Origin: Polyangiaceae bacterium
Lineage (GTDB): Bacteria; Myxococcota_A; Polyangia; Polyangiales; Polyangiaceae
Direction of reading: 5' to 3'
Assembly: GCA_044376115.1 (NCBI GenBank)
Contig: JBILLK010000008.1
Coordinates: 160,001-224,000 of the forward strand
Length of the DNA stretch: 64,000 nucleotides
The translations under genes were made by a program, and so were the position numbers. Below are positions 58,496 through 64,000 of this stretch, piece by piece; position 1 is the stretch's first letter, and each line of letters opens with the position of its first letter. The notes below the pieces were generated by a model. That model made no database searches. It had not been told where the DNA came from and was given only the letters and a program-made list of their open reading frames with translations.

Positions 58496-60307
58496 TCATC
58501 CAGCGCTCAAGCGAAAGTGCAGGCTGCGCGCCGCCGTCTCCACCGCCTCGGAGAAGGCAGGCGTATTCAGGCTTTGCTTCATTCGTTCGCTCACCGGAAG
58601 CACAACGCGCCCTGGGACGTACTTCACGACCTCCTGCGTGGTCGCATCGATCAGCTGGCCGGTGCCAACCGCGACCGCCGCCTCGAACGGCAGCATCGAG
58701 GAGGTCGCCTGGCTCAACGCGAGAAACCGCGCTTCGTCGAGTGGGGACTGAAAGCGAAACAGCCGGCGCGCCTTCTGCGCCACATGGAAGTGCGACGGGA
58801 TCGCCGCGAGGCCGTCGAGCTCGAGACGCTCGGCGGCCATCACCAGCATACCGACCACAATATCGAGACAACCGAGCCCCGGGAACTTCTGCCCCGGCAG
58901 CAGCGGGCGCTCGGCCTTTCGGCGCGGATCTTGGAGCAACAGCCACTCAATCGATAGCAGCCGATAGTCGTCTACGACGACCGTCTCGAGCACCAACTCC
59001 ACCAAGAGTTCGCGCTTTTGCTCATCTGCATAGTAACGCAAGCTGTGCCGGCCCAGCGTCTCCGGCTCTGGATCGACGTAAGGCCGCTCGTAGCCGCGCT
59101 CACGCAGCTTGGCCAATAGGCCATAACGCTCCGAGGCGACCTCCAGCCCGAAGGCTGAATAGTAGCCTAAAAAGCCTGGACTCGGCGTCTTCGCCACCAA
59201 ATCGCCGAACAGGTCTCGCTCGCTGATACCGTAGTTGTCCCCGGGCGCGTCATCGGACTCCCGCAGCGTACGCGGTGAAAGCTCGTCGCGAATCGTGCGG
59301 AAGGCCGCGAGCTTGACCTCCTCGGTGCTGGCGATGGCGCGGTCCTCGCCGGTGAGCTGCCACACGATCGTGCGCGCTGGGTGGCGCCACGCCTCGAGCC
59401 CATATCCGCCGGCCAAACAAACCACCGTGGGGATCTTGGAGACCGCGTCCAAGATCGTCCGGTCTCGACGCGCTAGTGCGTCATCCGATACCCGAAAGGT
59501 GCCGATCGCGTCGGACGCAGCGATGTCTGCGCCGGCTAAATAGAATACGAGGTCCGGCCGAGAGCGCTGCAAGGCCTCCTCGAAGGTCTCACGCAACGCC
59601 CGTAAATAGGTAAAGGAGCTCGTGCCGGGAGAGAGCTCCACGTCCAGGTTCATCACCGCCGGTTCACGCGAGAGCGACTCAACGTGAATCGAGTAGGTAA
59701 AGACGTCCTTGTCATCGGCAAAAAGCTCGCGGTTCCCGTCCCCTTGATGCAGGTCGAGATCGACGATCAGCACGCGGCCCGTAAAGCCCGCTTTGCGCAA
59801 GACGGCGATGGCGATCGGGATGTCGGCGAGCGCACAGAAGCCGGAACCACTACCCTTGTGAGCGTGGTGAAAGCCGCCGCCCAAATTGAAGATCGGCGTG
59901 GTGATGAAGGTGTGCCGCAGCGCCCATTGGCTCGCGAGCACGGTGCCGCCGCAGGCCCACATCGCCGCCGACAAAAGTTCACGCGGCTGCGCTCGGGTTT
60001 GCACCAGCGGGAACATGCGCGCGAGGTTCTCCGGCTGATCGAGGCTCTCGAGGTACTCGGGCGTATGCACCAGCAAGGCATCTTTTAGCGCTAGGCATTG
60101 CGGCACGAGCACCTCGTCGGCTCTGAGCGCGGCCTCCGCTATCAAGTAATTGAGGATGCGCTCACCGCGTTGCCCATCCAGCACGCCTTCCAGCAATACG
60201 CTGTAGCGTGGGTGGAAGACCACCCGTGCGCCGGGCACACGCAACGTCCTTTGCCAGCGCCGTACCGCTCGGTGAAGACCACGCTGGAGCGGCCGCAAGA
60301 GTTTCAT
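58496..60307 (-). CDS. Histone deacetylase/AcuC-family protein with extra C-terminal domain
   Basis: GGGFHHA; GFC; DLDLHQGDG; GAD..D; GGY. Start MKLL at an ATGA overlap. Confidence 0.9.
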   Translation of the reverse strand: MKLLRPLQRGLHRAVRRWQRTLRVPGARVVFHPRYSVLLEGVLDGQRGERILNYLIAEAALRADEVLVPQCLALKDALLVHTPEYLESLDQPENLARMFPLVQTRAQPRELLSAAMWACGGTVLASQWALRHTFITTPIFNLGGGFHHAHKGSGSGFCALADIPIAIAVLRKAGFTGRVLIVDLDLHQGDGNRELFADDKDVFTYSIHVESLSREPAVMNLDVELSPGTSSFTYLRALRETFEEALQRSRPDLVFYLAGADIAASDAIGTFRVSDDALARRDRTILDAVSKIPTVVCLAGGYGLEAWRHPARTIVWQLTGEDRAIASTEEVKLAAFRTIRDELSPRTLRESDDAPGDNYGISERDLFGDLVAKTPSPGFLGYYSAFGLEVASERYGLLAKLRERGYERPYVDPEPETLGRHSLRYYADEQKRELLVELVLETVVVDDYRLLSIEWLLLQDPRRKAERPLLPGQKFPGLGCLDIVVGMLVMAAERLELDGLAAIPSHFHVAQKARRLFRFQSPLDEARFLALSQATSSMLPFEAAVAVGTGQLIDATTQEVVKYVPGRVVLPVSERMKQSLNTPAFSEAVETAARSLHFRLSAG

Positions 60308-60972
60308 GAAGGCAATGCGCGCTCCCGCGAAATCCGTAAATGTCGGGCCGAGCACGGCTCAACGACGGCTCCCTCGAGCTCCGCCGCCTGCACGATGGAC
60401 TGGGCTTCTTCAACCGTGAGAGCGGCACACAAGGAGTCAAAGAATAGGCCTCGCTGTCGCGCCGAATCGTCGGGCGAGACGCTATCCACGATGGCCCACG
60501 CCGCCTCGGTCGTCAGCGGCCGAAACAGGTCCATCAGCAGCAAAGCGCCGTGCGGGGCGAGCAGCCGCTTCATCTCGCGCAGGAGCTTTGTCGGCTCGGC
60601 CAGGTGGTGCATCGTCGAGTTCGACATCACGAGGTCGAAGCTCCCTGCAGGAAGGCCTGTGGCCTTGACGTCGGCCTGCAACAACGTGACCCGCTCGCTG
60701 AGCCCCAAGCGCGCGAGCTTCACCCGCGCGAGGTCGAGCATACTGGCAGCGAGGTCGACGCAAAGGAAGCGGGCGTTGGGCAAGAGCCCGGCCATCAGAA
60801 TAGCGATGTTGCAAGGCCCACAGCCGAGGTCGACGATGGTTACCTCACCGTTACCCACCATGCTCGCCGCACGCTCGGCGAAGGCTCGGTCCGATTGCGC
60901 GAAGTCCATCGCGTCGTACTCACGAGCCTCCTCTTCACTATCCATCACTTCCGGTTCGAGCACCCGTTCCAC
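60304..60972 (-). CDS. Class I SAM-dependent methyltransferase
   Basis: MERVLEPEVMD; DLGCGP; SNSTMHH. Confidence 0.9.
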   Translation of the reverse strand: MERVLEPEVMDSEEEAREYDAMDFAQSDRAFAERAASMVGNGEVTIVDLGCGPCNIAILMAGLLPNARFLCVDLAASMLDLARVKLARLGLSERVTLLQADVKATGLPAGSFDLVMSNSTMHHLAEPTKLLREMKRLLAPHGALLLMDLFRPLTTEAAWAIVDSVSPDDSARQRGLFFDSLCAALTVEEAQSIVQAAELEGAVVEPCSARHLRISRERALPS

Positions 60973-61020
60973 AGCGTCTCCTACTTTCGGTCCGAGGTCT
61001 CGTGCGGGTCCAGCATGCGG

Positions 61021-61818
61021 TCAAGGGCCGTTGGGCCCGGACGAAGGAGCGTTGGCAGCAGCAGGCTTCGAACGTTTGGCCAGAATCACCGTGCGGCTCT
61101 TGAGCGCGCTGATCGGCGAATCGTCGTAACCGCCAAACGCGGCCATCACTTCAAAGCCCACCGACTGCAGAATCAACCGTATCTCGGTAAAGGCATAGAG
61201 CCTCACCGAGAACATCACCTCTCGCTGCTTGCCATCGCGGACATAGGTGCGCCGGTCGACGAAGCGGCCGGTGGCAATATCGAAGTGGTGACGGTCAATC
61301 ATCATATCGCCGTTGCCCTTGTCCAACACCGACACCTGCGGGATGCGCGTCATCCACTCCCGGGTGCGCAGATCGAGAACGAACAGACCGTCTTCGGCCA
61401 GGGCGCGATGAATGCAGATTAGCGAGTTGATGGCGTGCGCATCGTCGAAGAAGCCGAAGGCATCGAACAAGCAGATAGCGCGGTCAAACGTATATTCTGA
61501 ACCGAAGGTGCCGATGTCCCCGCGCACGAAGGTGGGATTGACGCCAGCGGCCTCCGCATCTTTACGGGCCACCTCGAGGAAGCCCTCCACCAGATCGATG
61601 CCGACGCACTCGTAACCGCGCTTGGCCAAGGCGATCGAGTGACGGCCGTGACCGCAGCCCAGATCGACGATCTTCATGCCCGGCTTGAGCGCGAGATGTC
61701 GCTCCAAGAAGTCGGCCTGCGCCTCGGTGTTCTCCTCGCGCAGCGAGTCGGCCATGAAGTAGAGGTACTCCTCCGCATCGAAGAGATGGGCGAAGTCGAA
61801 GTACATCGCTTGCGACAT
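61021..61818 (-). CDS. Class I SAM-dependent methyltransferase
   Basis: VDLGCGHGRHS; GDI; FDAFGFF; VRLY. Confidence 0.9.
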   Translation of the reverse strand: MSQAMYFDFAHLFDAEEYLYFMADSLREENTEAQADFLERHLALKPGMKIVDLGCGHGRHSIALAKRGYECVGIDLVEGFLEVARKDAEAAGVNPTFVRGDIGTFGSEYTFDRAICLFDAFGFFDDAHAINSLICIHRALAEDGLFVLDLRTREWMTRIPQVSVLDKGNGDMMIDRHHFDIATGRFVDRRTYVRDGKQREVMFSVRLYAFTEIRLILQSVGFEVMAAFGGYDDSPISALKSRTVILAKRSKPAAANAPSSGPNGP

Positions 61819-61930
61819 GGTTCGACCATAGTTCAAAGGGCCGGTGCCACAAAGCCTGCGCGCTCAAGCCCAACCGGGCCGAACGCACACACGTGTTCGC
61901 TCGGCCGCTAGCCGTGCTAAGCCGAGCCGC

Positions 61931-63322
61931 ATGGTTAGTCGTCGCGACGCTCTTTTTGCGACCATCGCTGCAGCTGGTGGCACCCTCGCGTTGAAGCAAA
62001 CCGCCGAGGCTGCACAGCGCGTTCCGTCGCACAAAGGTTGGGATGCACGCTACTCGGGTCCCGAGGACGCAAAGGCGCAACCTCCGGGACAACCTGGGAC
62101 GGACTACAGCCCGGTGTGGACGCCCAACGGCTCCACCCTACCCTTCACCGTCGTTGACGGCGTCAAGGTCTTCCACCTCACCGCCGAAGAGGTGGACCAC
62201 AAATTCACGCCGGGCTTTCGCGCCAAGTGTTGGGGCTACAACGGCTCGGTTCATGGGCCGACACTCGAGGCCGTGGAAGGAGATCGGGTTCGTATCTATG
62301 TGACGAACAAGCTCCCAGCAGCCACCACCGTGCATTGGCATGGCGTCTTTCTACCCAACGGGATGGACGGCGTGGGCGGCCTCACGCAACCGGTGATTCG
62401 GCCTGGGGAGACCTTCCGTTACGAATGGACGTTCAAACAACACGGTACGTTTATGTACCATTCACACCACGACGAAATGACCCAGATGGCGCTGGGTTTG
62501 ATGGGCATGATCGTGGTCCACCCACGCAAGCCGAGCGCCGATTATCGCGTCGACCATGATGTGGTGATGATGCTTAGCGAGTGGCTGATCCCGATTGGGT
62601 CGAGCCGCCCCAACCCCAACGCGATGAGCGAGTTCAACGTCCTCACCATCAATGCTCGCGTGTTCCCGGGGACGGCGCCGATCGTCTGCAAACAGGGCGA
62701 TCGCGTGCGCATCCGCATCGGCAATCTGAGCGCGATGGACCACCACGCGATCCATCTGCATGGCCATTACTTCCGGGTGACCGCGACCGACGGCGGGCAT
62801 GTCCCGGACAGCGCGCAGTTCCCCGAGGGCACCGTCTTGGTCTCGGTTGGCAGCACCCGCGATATTGAGTTTGTCGCCGACGCGCTGGGGGATTGGCCGC
62901 TTCATTGCCATATGACCCATCACGTGATGAACCAAATGGGCCACGGGCTGCCCAACCTCATTGGCATCAACGGCGGCCCGCTCGGCAATCAGGTGCAGAA
63001 GCTCGTCCCCGGTTACATGGATATGGGCAGCACCGGCATGGACATGGAGGGCATGCAAATGCAGGTCCCCAAGAACAGCATCCCGATGGCCGGCGGCCCG
63101 GGCCAGTTCGGCGGCATCACCATGGGCGGGATGTTCACCATACTAAAAGTGCGCGAGACCATCGGGGACCGCACCAAAGACCCTGGTTGGTACAAACACC
63201 CGGAAGGCACCGTGGCTCGCAAAGCGACGCCCGAGGAGCTGGCCAAAGACGGCATCGTGCTCAAGAAAGCGGAGCCGAAGACGCCAGAGCCCACGACGCC
63301 TGAGCCCAAGAAGACGCCATGA
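61931..63322 (+). CDS. Tat-exported multicopper oxidase with Met-rich C-terminus
   Basis: SRRDALF Tat motif; HWHG; YHSH; HAIHLHGH; HCHMTHH; MDMGSTGMDMEGMQM. Confidence 0.93.
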   Translation: MVSRRDALFATIAAAGGTLALKQTAEAAQRVPSHKGWDARYSGPEDAKAQPPGQPGTDYSPVWTPNGSTLPFTVVDGVKVFHLTAEEVDHKFTPGFRAKCWGYNGSVHGPTLEAVEGDRVRIYVTNKLPAATTVHWHGVFLPNGMDGVGGLTQPVIRPGETFRYEWTFKQHGTFMYHSHHDEMTQMALGLMGMIVVHPRKPSADYRVDHDVVMMLSEWLIPIGSSRPNPNAMSEFNVLTINARVFPGTAPIVCKQGDRVRIRIGNLSAMDHHAIHLHGHYFRVTATDGGHVPDSAQFPEGTVLVSVGSTRDIEFVADALGDWPLHCHMTHHVMNQMGHGLPNLIGINGGPLGNQVQKLVPGYMDMGSTGMDMEGMQMQVPKNSIPMAGGPGQFGGITMGGMFTILKVRETIGDRTKDPGWYKHPEGTVARKATPEELAKDGIVLKKAEPKTPEPTTPEPKKTP

Positions 63323-63573
63323 GCCGACGAACCAATCGACGAGCGACCGCCGCGTTCACCGCGCTACTGCTTCTCTCGTTATGCCATTGCAATGACGGCA
63401 CCGTGCCCGCCCAAGCTCCGCGCACCTTGCCGAGCAGCCGGCCCGCGATCGGGGCGCTCAGCTCCAGCTTCAACCCCAATGAGCTATTGAACGCGCCCGC
63501 GGCGGGCCACGACCACCACCATCACCATCACGCTGCTCCATCGGCCCAGCCTGTGGTGAAGGAGCCCCAGTGA
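63319..63573 (+). CDS. Small His-rich exported protein/lipoprotein
   Basis: Signal peptide with CHC; GHDHHHHHH; overlaps both neighbours by 4 nt. Confidence 0.7.
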   Translation: MSRRTNRRATAAFTALLLLSLCHCNDGTVPAQAPRTLPSSRPAIGALSSSFNPNELLNAPAAGHDHHHHHHAAPSAQPVVKEPQ

Positions 63574-64000
63574 CGCGCACTTCGCGGAACACGTGGGCAC
63601 TCGGCGTCATGCTGTTAGCGGCCTCCGGCTGCGTATCGAGCACGGCCGGGATCGAGCAGACCTCCACGCTGGTCAACGAACGGCTCGGCGTTACGCCCAG
63701 GCTTTCGAGTATGGACGCCGAGCAGGTCCGCACGATCCGGGAGAAGGCGCTCAAAGGGCCTATCGGCGAAAAGGAGGCTGTCACGCTCTCCTTGGTAGGT
63801 AACCCACAATCCGAGCCGCTCTTCGCTCGGCTGGGCATCGCGCGAGCCGAGGTGATGGACGCGTTGCGCCTGCCCAATCCGCAGTTCTTCGGCGCGTTCC
63901 ACAGTCACGATGATGCGCTGACGGTCTCCTTCGGCGGCACCTTGGAGCTGACCCAGTTCCTGTTGGTGCCCTTCCGCGAGCAGGCCAAACAAACAAGTTT
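63570..64000 (+). CDS. TolC-family outer membrane efflux lipoprotein (partial; absent from the ORF track)
   Basis: Manual translation VTRTSRNTWALGVMLLAASGC.. EAVTLSLVGNP..LGIARAEVMDALRLPNP. Confidence 0.8.
   Translation, partial: MTRTSRNTWALGVMLLAASGCVSSTAGIEQTSTLVNERLGVTPRLSSMDAEQVRTIREKALKGPIGEKEAVTLSLVGNPQSEPLFARLGIARAEVMDALRLPNPQFFGAFHSHDDALTVSFGGTLELTQFLLVPFREQAKQTS

Noticed and set aside
61833..61849. TGGCAC on the minus strand upstream of the methyltransferase as a sigma54 promoter
   Set aside because: No GC at the -12 position (reads TT).

Overview
This is a high-GC, gene-dense 64-kb chromosomal window, almost certainly from a myxobacterium (Myxococcota, Polyangiaceae-like). The evidence is a TIGR02266-like PilZ protein, a MYXO-CTERM protein, a Ser/Thr kinase-TPR/PEGA-Cys-rich lipoprotein module and many Gly-linker lipoproteins. 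I call about 50 CDS and saw no tRNA, rRNA, CRISPR array or mobile element. The most striking structure is a self-contained sigma54 module at 1-6490. It holds an operon of response-regulator bEBP, di-heme cytochrome c peroxidase-like lipoprotein (apparently lacking peroxidatic residues) and DAHL-type histidine kinase. It also has three -24/-12 promoters, two helically phased TGCGC/TTGCGCAA arrays and a stand-alone Fis-type HTH gene. Other notable items are an HDAC-family deacetylase fused to a GNAT-like C-terminal domain behind two methyltransferases, a MutH homologue coupled to an alkyl-DHAP-synthase-like gene, a divergent lipid-carrier glycosylation island, a lipoprotein GH1, a triple-DsbA protein and a copper MCO-TolC operon. 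All family assignments come from motif recognition by eye; no searches were run.
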